Below are positions 8,891 through 19,511 of a stretch of DNA of 64,000 bases, piece by piece (positions within the stretch are counted from its first letter, which is position 1; every line of letters starts with the position of its first letter). Position numbers and translations under genes: made by a program. The notes below the pieces were generated by a model. It saw only the letters and a program-made list of their open reading frames with translations. It was not told the DNA's origin and did no database searches. The stretch comes from a virus (lineage: Duplodnaviria; Caudoviricetes), in the IMG/VR virus record IMGVR_UViG_3300025789_000018, one strand, 5' to 3'.

Positions 8891-11713
8891 TTATGATAGT
8901 GTAATAGAAGGAACCCCTGCACCCGAGTATTGGCCGATATCGATAGAAGCAGTTTTGTGCACAGAACCAAACATCTGGGTTCCTGCAATATGCACTACTT
9001 TCTTTACAACATCAGAATAAACACTCAAATCCAAAGAACTCTGTATCTCATAAGAAAATGGTTGGTAATAATACCCATCCTGTACATATTGATTACTATC
9101 CAAAAAGCTATTATTATATTTATAATATCCTAGCGACTTTCCTTGCGTAGATGTTACGACAGAAGCAACCCCAACTGCAGAAGCATTAGATTCGCTTACA
9201 AAATTGACTAAAGCAGTATTTGTATATCCGAATCCAGAATCAATTAATGTAAGCTGTGTTACTGAGCCGTTTCCTGTTTGTATGGCAGAAGTGATTACTG
9301 CATTAAGACCCGAAATTTGTCTATTTGGATTTGATGCAACCGTATAGATCTGGAAAGAAGATCCCTGTGTGTTATTTGTAAGAGGTATAGAGCTATTGGC
9401 AACAAATGACTGCTGTGCAGATAATCTCTCCACATAGATTGTGTTTCCTGATCCTGCAGTAACAACACCTTTAGCTACAAAAGCATAAGCCGTTGAATTT
9501 ATTGTACTAACTGTCGCAGCATTCTTCGTAGAATTGTCGTATAATATAAACGACGAGTTTGTTGTAAATCCGCCACTAGTTGTCTTTATTGCAATATGTG
9601 TTGTATCAGGAATATCAATAATAACGCCGTTCGCGCATGTGTATGATCCATTACTTTGATACACTGCTCGACTGTATCCAAATCCAGTTGTTCCATTTAC
9701 TGCAAGAGTTACAGAGTTTGTGGCCGCCACGTTTTGGTAAAGATAATCACCAACCTTAAATGCAGAAGCTGCAGCATTAACAGACATAATATAATCTTTT
9801 TCGTATAATTGCGTAACACCAGTATTAGCTTGCGCAAGAACGAAAGGAGGATACGAATATGAATACCCAGGACTTGTTGTTTGTATTTGAGTAATAAACC
9901 CAACAGAGTTAGAATATTTACCAAAAGCTAAAGCAGTAGAAATACTATAATTTGTTGCATTAGTTGATGCATTTGCAGGGAATGCATATGCAGCAGCATT
10001 CAATTTTGTATTTGCATAGGTTGCTATTGAGTCAGTAGCAACCCAGAAATTAGAATCTGTATTTGTTACGCTAACAATCTTTACGTTAGAAGATTGGCCA
10101 TACATTACAGCATTGACTGTAGCTATGGTCGCTACGTTTGGTGCAAAAGAAACGCTGTTTGATGTAGAGTTTGCATAAAAGGTTATGTTTGCTCCACCAG
10201 AAGATGAAGACAATGAAAACCCACTAGTATTTACGTATGTTGCATAATATGTGGTGCCGTTAGCTAATCCACCAATTGCAGTAGCTCCAACACTGTTGGT
10301 GTAAAATAATGCTTGACCATTAGAATATGGATTAGCAGCAAGAATTCTAGCACTAGATGTTCCTGAGTTAGAAACTGCTGAATTCGCATTTATCAATAAT
10401 GGAGGATTATATCCAACAACTTTTGTAAATTGTGTTGCATTAATCGAATCAGAAAGATTGTTGATACCCACATACATGTTATAACTGGCCAGCGTCGCTG
10501 TTGCGCCAGAAGAAAGACCTTTCACTGTCTGCCCTGTAATAAACACTCCAGAACGCTTGGTTGTAGTTAATACTTGTGTGGTTGCATTTGCTGTTGAGGA
10601 ATAAGAAAGAACCGCTGTTGCGTTTCCACCAACACTCAATGATTCTTGAGCAGAAAATGTTCCGTTTACATTATTTACATACAATATAGTGTTAGAAGAT
10701 ACGCCCACAGCATTCGCCGTTATCGTCCCACCTGTAGAATTAGAAAAAGTAAGTTTCTCTAATGGACCATAAGGAGCAATGTTCAATGTAGTATTATTGA
10801 CTTGAACATTTGTCAAAAATACAACATTGCTTGATACAATAAGATTAGAAGTAATAGCGTTATAGCCAAATCCTCCATCAGTTAATGTATATGTCGTAGT
10901 TCCTGATATATTAGAAATATTAGCAACAACAGCTTTACCTCCAGAACCACTAAATGTAGTTTGTTGTGGAATTAAGTCAACGATATTTCCTACGCTGAAC
11001 CCCGCGCCGCCGCTCACAATCTGTAGGCTTGTTGCAGAACCGACAACAGTAGGAACGTTACTTGTTACAGGATTAGAAGCAAGAGTAACAAGTTCTCCAG
11101 TAACAAAGTTGTTTTTGATATTCGATAGATAAAAAATATTCACATACTTAGAGCTAACACCGCCTGTTACGACACTGTCCACAAAAGCTGTAGCGCCAGA
11201 ATTAACACCAACAATTTCTTGTCCGACATACTGATTCAAATTAGGAACATATGTCACTTCTAGATACTGAGGGACCACCCATTTGTTGTCTGAAGTTTTA
11301 AAGACATTTTGTCCAGGATAGTATAATGTAACATCTTCAGCAAATAACAGTTTGAATAGAAGCTGAATAGCTCTCGGCGATCCCTTTGTTCTATAAAGAT
11401 CAAGAACTCTTTTTACAACAAGACGCTTATCTGTTTCTGTATTAAACTGCATACCTTGAAGATATGTGTTTTTGAAATATACCAGAAACTGATCAACAGT
11501 ATTGTCAATATCAGAGTAATCAAGCAATCTTCTTGAATTATAAAGGGTTTGTCCACCAGTTTGTGTGGTTCCTGTAGAATCTACCCACGAATTTAATTCT
11601 AGCCATTCATAATATGCTTGAACGAATGCAATAAGCATCGGCCCTTCAGACTTATAGAAAGAAGGGAATTGGTTCTGAATTAAATTCGATATGTAAAGTT
11701 CTACGTTTTCCAT
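8891..11713 (-). CDS. gp7: Baseplate wedge initiator gp7-like
   Basis: QFPSFY..EGP.L..FV.AYYEWLE, LY.TKGS..AI.LLF, C-terminal QDGYYYQPFSYEI...VKKVVH.AG. Confidence 0.8.
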   Translation of the reverse strand: MENVELYISNLIQNQFPSFYKSEGPMLIAFVQAYYEWLELNSWVDSTGTTQTGGQTLYNSRRLLDYSDIDNTVDQFLVYFKNTYLQGMQFNTETDKRLVVKRVLDLYRTKGSPRAIQLLFKLLFAEDVTLYYPGQNVFKTSDNKWVVPQYLEVTYVPNLNQYVGQEIVGVNSGATAFVDSVVTGGVSSKYVNIFYLSNIKNNFVTGELVTLASNPVTSNVPTVVGSATSLQIVSGGAGFSVGNIVDLIPQQTTFSGSGGKAVVANISNISGTTTYTLTDGGFGYNAITSNLIVSSNVVFLTNVQVNNTTLNIAPYGPLEKLTFSNSTGGTITANAVGVSSNTILYVNNVNGTFSAQESLSVGGNATAVLSYSSTANATTQVLTTTKRSGVFITGQTVKGLSSGATATLASYNMYVGINNLSDSINATQFTKVVGYNPPLLINANSAVSNSGTSSARILAANPYSNGQALFYTNSVGATAIGGLANGTTYYATYVNTSGFSLSSSSGGANITFYANSTSNSVSFAPNVATIATVNAVMYGQSSNVKIVSVTNTDSNFWVATDSIATYANTKLNAAAYAFPANASTNATNYSISTALAFGKYSNSVGFITQIQTTSPGYSYSYPPFVLAQANTGVTQLYEKDYIMSVNAAASAFKVGDYLYQNVAATNSVTLAVNGTTGFGYSRAVYQSNGSYTCANGVIIDIPDTTHIAIKTTSGGFTTNSSFILYDNSTKNAATVSTINSTAYAFVAKGVVTAGSGNTIYVERLSAQQSFVANSSIPLTNNTQGSSFQIYTVASNPNRQISGLNAVITSAIQTGNGSVTQLTLIDSGFGYTNTALVNFVSESNASAVGVASVVTSTQGKSLGYYKYNNSFLDSNQYVQDGYYYQPFSYEIQSSLDLSVYSDVVKKVVHIAGTQMFGSVHKTASIDIGQYSGAGVPSITLS

Positions 11714-13512
11714 TAAATTCTAACTTGATTTACAGTGAGATTAATCTCATCATTAGCGATAGTCAAAATAGTATTTTGTGTTGAAGCAAAATCTTTATTT
11801 CTTGGCGTAGCGTAAATTCTAATACTGTCACCAAAATACGAAGAAACAATCAAATTCGTAATTGTAACAACACCAGTATCATAGTTCACAGTACCTACAT
11901 TCTGTAAAGTATAGTGAAGACCGTTAGAAGAAGTAACTAGCCTGATATTGCCCTGAGAGTCATCTTCTAGTTCTACAAACTTGCCTTCATATAAGAATTT
12001 GCTTGAACTTACAGCATGGATTTGTGATGCTCCATGTATTAAAGGGATCGGTGGAACCGTATTTTCTAATTCTGTATTAAAGTTGACTGTAAAATTCTGA
12101 GGTATTCCGTTTGTTGTTGGATTTACCTTAATGAACATGTCAACATCAGTTTCATTGCTTACGATGCTTGAAGTTGTAGCGTCTATAGCTTCAACAATTT
12201 TACTGTAGTGCAGAGTTGTTTTGAAATCGTTCAAATACGTTGTGTTGTATGTTTGCACTGCTGATGCAACTAGAGTAGAAATGTCATTTGGAGACAATGC
12301 TGTCATATTGATATTGTAATTTACCGTCGATTTAACTCTAACATACAGATAATTTGGTAGAACAAATACTGGAGTTATCGTAGTCGGAGCTCTTGCTGAA
12401 ATATAGTTTCCGTATTCAGTCTGTTTTGTATCAGGAATGCCTGCATAATTTTTAATAGCCAGAGATATGAATACTTTGCCGTATTGTGGTGGAGTTAGTG
12501 TTTCGCCACCATAAACTGAAATAGCAGAAATTTCAGGGAACTTGCTCTTCAATAGAGTTTCATAATCTGTTTGTGTTATTGCTCTGTCTTGTGTTGCATA
12601 AGACAGAGGAGCATAATATTGAATGCTTTCTGTTGATTCACTAATAGAACCGCCTTGCGCTGCTTGGTTAACAGTAACTGTTACATTTTGCTGGCCGTTA
12701 ATTGGCGCATCAAGGCTGAATGTCGAAACGCCGTTTGGTAGTTCGCCATTTGGTATTCTATATTCTGCAATAATCACAGCACCATCAGCAGGCTTTCTGC
12801 CGATATTATTATCACCAAAATAGAATTGATATTTGTTGTTTTCAGTTCCTTGCAAGAAGAATACTGGTGATGTATTTTTGACATCTAGAAGAGAAGAAGA
12901 GAATGTATATGAAATCAGATTCGCGCCATTATTTTCTGCTGAAATCAGAGTCAGAGACGAAATATCAATTTTTGGATCAGAAAGAACGAATTTCTGAGGC
13001 TCAAGCGAATAATTTACGTTGAATGTTTCTGTTACGTATTGACCTTCATAAATCGAAAGATTGTTGGCAAAGAAATTGCCGGTAACTGGATCTTGCGTAA
13101 TTGTGGTCATTTCATCAGTAACAAATGTATAATTGTTTGCACCAAACTTACCTGTAAAAGATGTACCTTTAGGTATAGCCAGAACTGCACTTGTATAATT
13201 CGATGGCGAAATAGTAAGATTGATATTTGCTACTGCAGATCGGAAAGAACTTGGAAGATAATTTAGTTCTTTAGCTCTAAGAACAGCAGAGTCTCTTTGC
13301 TGCGCTGTACTCAGGAACATTTCTGAACCGACCATGTTTAGATAGAAATTATTCAGATAGGTGTTATATGCAAGAATGTCTAGAATGACACTCATGTTAC
13401 TTCCATCAAAATCATAATCCTGAAACGTCGACTGCGAACGCAGATACATTTTGAGATTGTTTTTAATATCATCAAAATCCATTGCAGTCAAATTGATATT
13501 TGGTGTAGCCAT
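11713..13512 (-). CDS. gp6: Baseplate wedge subunit gp6
   Basis: DFDDIKNNLK.YL.SQ..F.DYDFDGSNMS..LD.LAYNT; QDRAIT..DY; PPQYGKVFIS. Confidence 0.95.
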   Translation of the reverse strand: MATPNINLTAMDFDDIKNNLKMYLRSQSTFQDYDFDGSNMSVILDILAYNTYLNNFYLNMVGSEMFLSTAQQRDSAVLRAKELNYLPSSFRSAVANINLTISPSNYTSAVLAIPKGTSFTGKFGANNYTFVTDEMTTITQDPVTGNFFANNLSIYEGQYVTETFNVNYSLEPQKFVLSDPKIDISSLTLISAENNGANLISYTFSSSLLDVKNTSPVFFLQGTENNKYQFYFGDNNIGRKPADGAVIIAEYRIPNGELPNGVSTFSLDAPINGQQNVTVTVNQAAQGGSISESTESIQYYAPLSYATQDRAITQTDYETLLKSKFPEISAISVYGGETLTPPQYGKVFISLAIKNYAGIPDTKQTEYGNYISARAPTTITPVFVLPNYLYVRVKSTVNYNINMTALSPNDISTLVASAVQTYNTTYLNDFKTTLHYSKIVEAIDATTSSIVSNETDVDMFIKVNPTTNGIPQNFTVNFNTELENTVPPIPLIHGASQIHAVSSSKFLYEGKFVELEDDSQGNIRLVTSSNGLHYTLQNVGTVNYDTGVVTITNLIVSSYFGDSIRIYATPRNKDFASTQNTILTIANDEINLTVNQVRI

Positions 13513-13513
13513 A

Positions 13514-13939
13514 TTATCTTACTCTATACAGGGTTGTCTGAAACGTTACAGGAGCACTATTATTTATTATATAGAATACGATAGATATAAAATATGCATT
13601 ATCATCAGGATATGGAGTGGCCGTAACACTTAATACTTTTGCTCTTGGTTCGTGATTTTTTAATGTTTCTGATATTGCATCTTGTATAGCATTTGTTGTA
13701 ATAGCATCAATTGGCTCAAACAGCAGATTATTAATTTTAGATCCTAAAGTCGGATTAAATAATCTTTCATATTTTCCAGTAGAAAGAAGATTTCTAATAG
13801 AACGCTTAACCGCATTTTCGTTTACATATCTGGCCAAATCTTTTTTAAACGGATGTGGATCAAAATTGGTGAGAAAATCACTATAATATTCTGATTCTTT
13901 ATTTACTGTTGAATAGTTGTTTTGGTTGAATTGGGCCAT
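13514..13939 (-). CDS. gp25: Baseplate wedge subunit gp25
   Basis: NENAVKRSIRNLL.T...ERLFNP.LGS.I..LLFE, EPR motif. Confidence 0.95.
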   Translation of the reverse strand: MAQFNQNNYSTVNKESEYYSDFLTNFDPHPFKKDLARYVNENAVKRSIRNLLSTGKYERLFNPTLGSKINNLLFEPIDAITTNAIQDAISETLKNHEPRAKVLSVTATPYPDDNAYFISIVFYIINNSAPVTFQTTLYRVR

Positions 13940-13960
13940 CTATTCCTCTTTTATCTTTAT

Positions 13961-15973
13961 TTATGTCGTAGGTAGACCTAGTATACCCGCAAGTTCTTGG
14001 TTATATGTAGTAGATAACGGTCCTCCAGCTTGACCGAAATCTAACCAGATCATAACACCTAACATACCAAGCGCCAAATAGCTTCTTATTGTTGTGATAT
14101 CAGTTGAGCTAAAAGATTCGCCGGTTGAAGTTGACATACTACAGGTCATCAGAAGTTTACTGTAATTAATTTGTTGATCTCCGTTCGGCCCTTTTAGTAA
14201 ATTAAATTGATTTGCCAATGATGATGCAAGATTACCTTCAATATTGTTTTGCCAGGCAACCGGGCATAAAAATAGATTTGGAGTCTGGTGTATTTGATAA
14301 AGATTTGTTATGTCAAATCCAGTATTTTTAGCTCCAGAACCATTAAATGGATTTGGGTACACAACAAACTCTGCCGGACGATATGGGTTGTTTGCGCAGA
14401 TATTTGCAAGATTCTGTAGTTGTGTTAGCAGAGTCGCTGGCGTTCTACCATCTTGTGCTTCGCTATCTAAAACAATACCTCCGGGAGTTTTGGCATCATA
14501 TAATCTACTATCTGGTAGTATTATTTTGTCTAGACACGAATATGTTTTTTCGTTTAATGATCTTGATTTATAATAGTTAGAAAATACAGAAGATCTATTT
14601 ACATAGGCATACTGCCATGTATACACATCAGTATCAGGAATACCTGCAGCGTTTGCAGCATCTAGATAACCCATTGTCAGATATGTTGGAGAAGAAACAT
14701 GAGCAGGGTATCCGAGAGAATATCTAATAGAAACTTCAACTGCAGCAATTGCCTTTGCTATTGTTGAGTATCTTGCTCTACATGGAAGTGTTCCGTACCC
14801 CGCTGTAGTAGTAATTGCAGCTATCGTTGTACCGTTATGTCTTCCTGGCGGAATTAGATTAGTTCTATCATTAAAAACATGTCCTGTATTAGTTAAAGTC
14901 TCGTATGACCTATAGTGCCAAATCCAATGATGCCCTTTAATTGATGACGAAGTAATACTTGGCTGTAACTGATCTACCGCTTGTGTCGCAGCATCTGTTA
15001 CTGGATAAAATCCATAAGAAGTATTTGTTAGTGCATCTGATGTTGGAGGTGGATTTTGCTGATATACTCTAAAATTACTACCGTTGACACTTTTCACTGT
15101 AACGATTGTGTTATTCGTGAAATATCCAGGAAGAACTGATCTTGGAGGACCAGGAGGCGCAGGATTATTATCAATACTTCCTGAAGAAATTAAATACTCT
15201 TTACATATTATGTAGAGAGAAGTCATCTGTCTAACTGTAGGACGAGCGCCAAATCCACACAAGGCTATTAAATTATTAGAATAAAAATTTCCAGATATTC
15301 CGGATCTAAGTATTGCAACATTGCTGTTTGCTGGACTGTAATTTGCTCCTGATCCGTTTAAACTACCAGAACCTAATGGCTGGTAAAAATATGTCGATCC
15401 TGCAAGAGATTTTGACCAGGCTGTAAATCCATTTGCGTTTGCATTAGGTAGAAACCCTTGGTCATAATTTGTATAATAATAAGAATCCCCACCATTATCT
15501 GCAACAATACCAGATTGGTAAACCCCATCATCAGCTCCAATATCAAAAGCTGGTCCTTGGTTATCAGTTAAAGACCACATAAACATTAAAGAACCATTTG
15601 ATCCATTTCCATAATGTAATCCCGAAGATGTTCTTAGATTACAATTTGTGTCAATCCAAATACTAGAGCCGTCTCCTTGAATACCATAACCTGGATTAAA
15701 TCCTGCTTGGTTTGTTGTATGTATAGTGCAATCAAAATTTGGTTGTACTAAGTTATAACCAAGAGAGCCATATTCATTAGTGTTAAAGACATACAAGGCA
15801 TCTAATAGCGACCAAACACCAACACTTTTTAACGAAGTAATAAAAGTATTTAAGGCTTTTGTTTCATCTAAAGAAGGTTGTTGTGTGCATCTAGCAAGAT
15901 AAAGATTCAGTTCTTTGTTTAACCCAGAGCTGTTATTATTGTCTAATTTTGCTAAACCTGCTTGTATTGTCAT
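13961..15973 (-). CDS. Putative tail spike/appendage protein with possible glycoside-hydrolase-like C-terminal domain
   Basis: N-terminal module (ALNTFITSLK..GVW..LDALY...G..GDG...IDT) like phage tail-associated beta domains; Pro-rich linker PPGPPR; C-terminal alpha/beta region with GGIVLDSE. Confidence 0.45.
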   Translation of the reverse strand: MTIQAGLAKLDNNNSSGLNKELNLYLARCTQQPSLDETKALNTFITSLKSVGVWSLLDALYVFNTNEYGSLGYNLVQPNFDCTIHTTNQAGFNPGYGIQGDGSSIWIDTNCNLRTSSGLHYGNGSNGSLMFMWSLTDNQGPAFDIGADDGVYQSGIVADNGGDSYYYTNYDQGFLPNANANGFTAWSKSLAGSTYFYQPLGSGSLNGSGANYSPANSNVAILRSGISGNFYSNNLIALCGFGARPTVRQMTSLYIICKEYLISSGSIDNNPAPPGPPRSVLPGYFTNNTIVTVKSVNGSNFRVYQQNPPPTSDALTNTSYGFYPVTDAATQAVDQLQPSITSSSIKGHHWIWHYRSYETLTNTGHVFNDRTNLIPPGRHNGTTIAAITTTAGYGTLPCRARYSTIAKAIAAVEVSIRYSLGYPAHVSSPTYLTMGYLDAANAAGIPDTDVYTWQYAYVNRSSVFSNYYKSRSLNEKTYSCLDKIILPDSRLYDAKTPGGIVLDSEAQDGRTPATLLTQLQNLANICANNPYRPAEFVVYPNPFNGSGAKNTGFDITNLYQIHQTPNLFLCPVAWQNNIEGNLASSLANQFNLLKGPNGDQQINYSKLLMTCSMSTSTGESFSSTDITTIRSYLALGMLGVMIWLDFGQAGGPLSTTYNQELAGILGLPTT

Positions 15974-15991
15974 TGTACTTCCTTTAAACTC

Positions 15992-18430
15992 TTATACGCC
16001 CCAGAGAAGACCAATATCTTCCCATCCATATGACCAGCAAGAAACTGTACCACCAGTAGCGCTAGAGATATACTGGATTTGTCCGGATGTATTAGTTAGA
16101 ATATCTGGTTCAGCAACACCATTTGCGCCGGTTGTATCATACCCGTAATTGCTATTGAATGCTGATGCGCTAGTCGTCACATCATCCATTGAACCAATTG
16201 ATGTGTTTACAGTACCACCATTCCATTTTGTTCTTGGTTTGACGCGAACACCAGTAGGAACGCTTGATAGTGTTTTTGTTGTGGCGCTAGTAGCAGAAGC
16301 TACAGCGTTTAATTCGTGGACTGGAGTACCAAGAATGAAACGATTAAATCTCTGAGTAAACATTACCCAATTTGATGATGCATCTGTGTACAGAGATGCT
16401 ATTCTTACATAATATCCTGAAGAATATCCAGAAGGCATAGATGGCGAGGATGCGCTTAAAGAACATATAAAATCGCCCCCAGATAGATCACTTTTGCATA
16501 TTGCATAGATATGATATGTTGTGCTGGCAGAAACAGAACCTGTATCAAGCAGGCCTCCAATTGCGCCAGCAGACCAGTTAGAAGCGATGGTTTTGCTGGA
16601 CATAGCAGCCACAGAAATAACCACTGCCGCAGTACTATCTGGCATTTTATATGTAGTAAAATCTAGAAGTTTTGATGCTGATGCGTGGTTAGAAACAACA
16701 CCTAGTCTTGGAGCACCTCCTCCTCCTGTCCCAGCAGGACCCTGCGCTCCCGTAGCCCCAGTCGCTCCAGAGAACGTGACTACTGCGCCAGATGACAAGG
16801 TCGTGCCGTTGGAACTAACAGCATTGAGCGTGATGCTACCAAAAGAAGAAGAAGTTACCTTTCCTTGAGCCCAATTTGTTCCGTCTGTAGCATAAGCGTA
16901 AGAGCCAACAGGAAACGCAGTACTGTCGTTGACGGAAATCGACATAGAAGTGGAAATTGTTGAGTTCGTTGTACTCGTTGTAGATCCGCGCCCGTCATTA
17001 CCAGAGGGTCCAGTTGCTCCTTGCGGCCCTGAGAATGTTACGATAGCATTTGAACTAAGTGTTGTTCCAACTGAAATATATCTATTTACTGTAACAGAAT
17101 TAAAACCACTAATACTAGTGACCTTACCTTGAAGAGAATCTGTTCCGTCGGTTGCATATACAAAGGTACCAACAGGAAAGGCTGTGTTATCTAAAACAGG
17201 TAATGTTGTATTCTGAACAAGACTAACAGATGCTGTGGTTGTAGTTGTTCCGTGGCCGGTCGCTCCTGTAGTACCTTGCGGTCCCATATTTCCTTGAGGC
17301 CCGATTCCACCACATGGTTGTAATACTATGCTTCCGCTACTATAATTAATAGTGCCACATGATATATTTGTTACTGTCAATATTCCTGCAGGATAATTAC
17401 CACTAAAAATAACATTAGTAATTAAAATATACCCAACTACATATGGAGAAGACCCAGTAGCATCAATAAACTGTGCATACGATCCAGTATTAAAACTTCT
17501 CACATCATCAACAGAAATAGTAGTTGTTGCTCCGTTTCCTGAAAACGCCACAGGAAATCCTGTCACGTTACCAAAACAGTCAGCGCCTTTGGTGCCATTA
17601 GTCCCAGGATAACCAGAGAACCCTACAACCGTGCCTGATGGTATTGTGTTTCCTGAGCTTGATGATCCTGAATATATTCTTGTAACAACTAAGCTATTTG
17701 TCCCGCCACCAGAAATGATAACACCATACATTGATGGTGAACCAGGTATATAAACATAAGCACCATTTGAATAAGAAGTACCATTAGCAACATCTATTAC
17801 AACTGATGAATTAATAGCAGGAACTACAAACGAAGCAGTAGTATAAGTGACACCAACAGGAGCAGGAATCATTCCATTACTTATACGGACTTGGAATTGT
17901 CCTGCAAGAGTAACAGAAATAGAAACAATATCTGTTACTCCAGGTGTTACGCTCAAAGCATCACCAATACGAGTTACGAAGTTTGTTGGGTTTCCGCCTG
18001 TACCGAAAGATATAGCATGACTGCCTACACTATCTTGTGTGACAAATATATCAATTTGTGTTCCAGGATTAAACGTAAGAGGGTCAGGAAAATTTATATC
18101 ACCTGTTGCTGTTAATTCATAAATTTGATTTTGTGTGTACGATATACTGGTTAATGGAATAACACCAGATACACTACCTAAAGAGATCGGAGTGCCGCCA
18201 GAAGATCCTGATACAGAAGACCAGTATACGTTTCCAGCTCCATTTGATGTAAGTACTTGCCCTGAAGATCCTATGCTACCTTTAGAATCGTATATTACAG
18301 AATTTTTGGGCAAACTTATTGCTGAAAATGTTGAATTTCCTGTAACTGCCATATTTCCATTGACATACAGTTTTAAATTACTCTGTAAAAGATAATTGTA
18401 TTTATTAAGAAATTCTGAAATACCTGCCAT
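15992..18430 (-). CDS. Tail fibre protein with collagen-like G-X-Y segments and tandem beta modules
   Basis: GPQGNMGPQGTTGATG, GPQGATGPSG, GATGATGAQGPAG; repeated TAFPVG...ATDGT...QGKVTS modules. Confidence 0.75.
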   Translation of the reverse strand: MAGISEFLNKYNYLLQSNLKLYVNGNMAVTGNSTFSAISLPKNSVIYDSKGSIGSSGQVLTSNGAGNVYWSSVSGSSGGTPISLGSVSGVIPLTSISYTQNQIYELTATGDINFPDPLTFNPGTQIDIFVTQDSVGSHAISFGTGGNPTNFVTRIGDALSVTPGVTDIVSISVTLAGQFQVRISNGMIPAPVGVTYTTASFVVPAINSSVVIDVANGTSYSNGAYVYIPGSPSMYGVIISGGGTNSLVVTRIYSGSSSSGNTIPSGTVVGFSGYPGTNGTKGADCFGNVTGFPVAFSGNGATTTISVDDVRSFNTGSYAQFIDATGSSPYVVGYILITNVIFSGNYPAGILTVTNISCGTINYSSGSIVLQPCGGIGPQGNMGPQGTTGATGHGTTTTTASVSLVQNTTLPVLDNTAFPVGTFVYATDGTDSLQGKVTSISGFNSVTVNRYISVGTTLSSNAIVTFSGPQGATGPSGNDGRGSTTSTTNSTISTSMSISVNDSTAFPVGSYAYATDGTNWAQGKVTSSSFGSITLNAVSSNGTTLSSGAVVTFSGATGATGAQGPAGTGGGGAPRLGVVSNHASASKLLDFTTYKMPDSTAAVVISVAAMSSKTIASNWSAGAIGGLLDTGSVSASTTYHIYAICKSDLSGGDFICSLSASSPSMPSGYSSGYYVRIASLYTDASSNWVMFTQRFNRFILGTPVHELNAVASATSATTKTLSSVPTGVRVKPRTKWNGGTVNTSIGSMDDVTTSASAFNSNYGYDTTGANGVAEPDILTNTSGQIQYISSATGGTVSCWSYGWEDIGLLWGV

Positions 18431-18433
18431 CTA

Positions 18434-19501
18434 TTAATTCCCCAAATACATATATCCTGATGCTACATCATATTGTGTATTGCTTGTTCTAAATTGATCA
18501 ACTTGTTCCATATATATATCGTAATTTGAAGTAACGCTATTGAAAAAATTGGTCGGAGAAGATGTATCAAATGAAACACTCAAAGATGGCCCCATGATAC
18601 TTTGTAGAGTATCATGCGTTGTCTGTATTTGTGTTAATGCGCTAGAAACAGTATTACTCGATCTATCAAATACATCTTGAAACGATGATGTTAAGATTCT
18701 TTGGACTTCTGCAACAACAGGATCATGAAATGTTGTCAGATAGTTAACAGAAGGACTAAAATTAGGATCAGTTGGACTTGTTATTGTAGAATCGCCATTT
18801 GCGCTTACTGTTGATGCAATGGCAAGACTACCAGATAACGAAGGGTTTCCTTGAGAATCTTTAGCTAGTCCAGTAGCGATAACAGTTGGCGGAAGCTGTC
18901 CTGCTTTTATTGCATTAACTGCAGCTTGGCCTTGATCTGCTGGAATACCTAGAGCTCCAGAAATGGCAGAAGATTCTATAGCAGAAAGAAGGGTTGATGT
19001 GTTACCTAGAGCTTTAATGCTATATTCTACTTGAGCAATATATGATGTTATAGAATTTAGAGCATTTTCTATTTGCCCAAGAGTAGATTTTTCAATTCTA
19101 TTAACATATTTCTTTTCAAGTGCAATTGCGCAAGCAGAGATTTTAGGAGCAGCACTAGAAATAGCAGCAATTAAATCTTGCATAGCTTGTATATACATGA
19201 TAATCATCATAGCGTACATGATATACGCTTTGTACTGAGGAAGAGCAGTTCCAAATACTAATTTCGATATCCATTTAACAATGGAAAATGGATCAGGAGA
19301 AGGAATAGTCATAATCGGTATAATTTTTTGCAATTGATCTTTCATCTCATCACCGATCCCGTCTATATGGTCGATAAGAGATTTAAGATGTTCTTTAACT
19401 AAAAGTTCTAAAGCAGCGCAATCAGTAGTTTTTTGTATCTGTTTTGTGATATCTTTTATGTGGTCTAAATTAGCAACCACAGATCCCATCGCAATACTCA
19501 T
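18434..19501 (-). CDS. Hypothetical protein downstream of gp5
   Basis: 355-aa ORF tightly packed in the tail operon; no family recognised. Confidence 0.6.
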   Translation of the reverse strand: MSIAMGSVVANLDHIKDITKQIQKTTDCAALELLVKEHLKSLIDHIDGIGDEMKDQLQKIIPIMTIPSPDPFSIVKWISKLVFGTALPQYKAYIMYAMMIIMYIQAMQDLIAAISSAAPKISACAIALEKKYVNRIEKSTLGQIENALNSITSYIAQVEYSIKALGNTSTLLSAIESSAISGALGIPADQGQAAVNAIKAGQLPPTVIATGLAKDSQGNPSLSGSLAIASTVSANGDSTITSPTDPNFSPSVNYLTTFHDPVVAEVQRILTSSFQDVFDRSSNTVSSALTQIQTTHDTLQSIMGPSLSVSFDTSSPTNFFNSVTSNYDIYMEQVDQFRTSNTQYDVASGYMYLGN

Positions 19502-19511
19502 TTATATTCCT

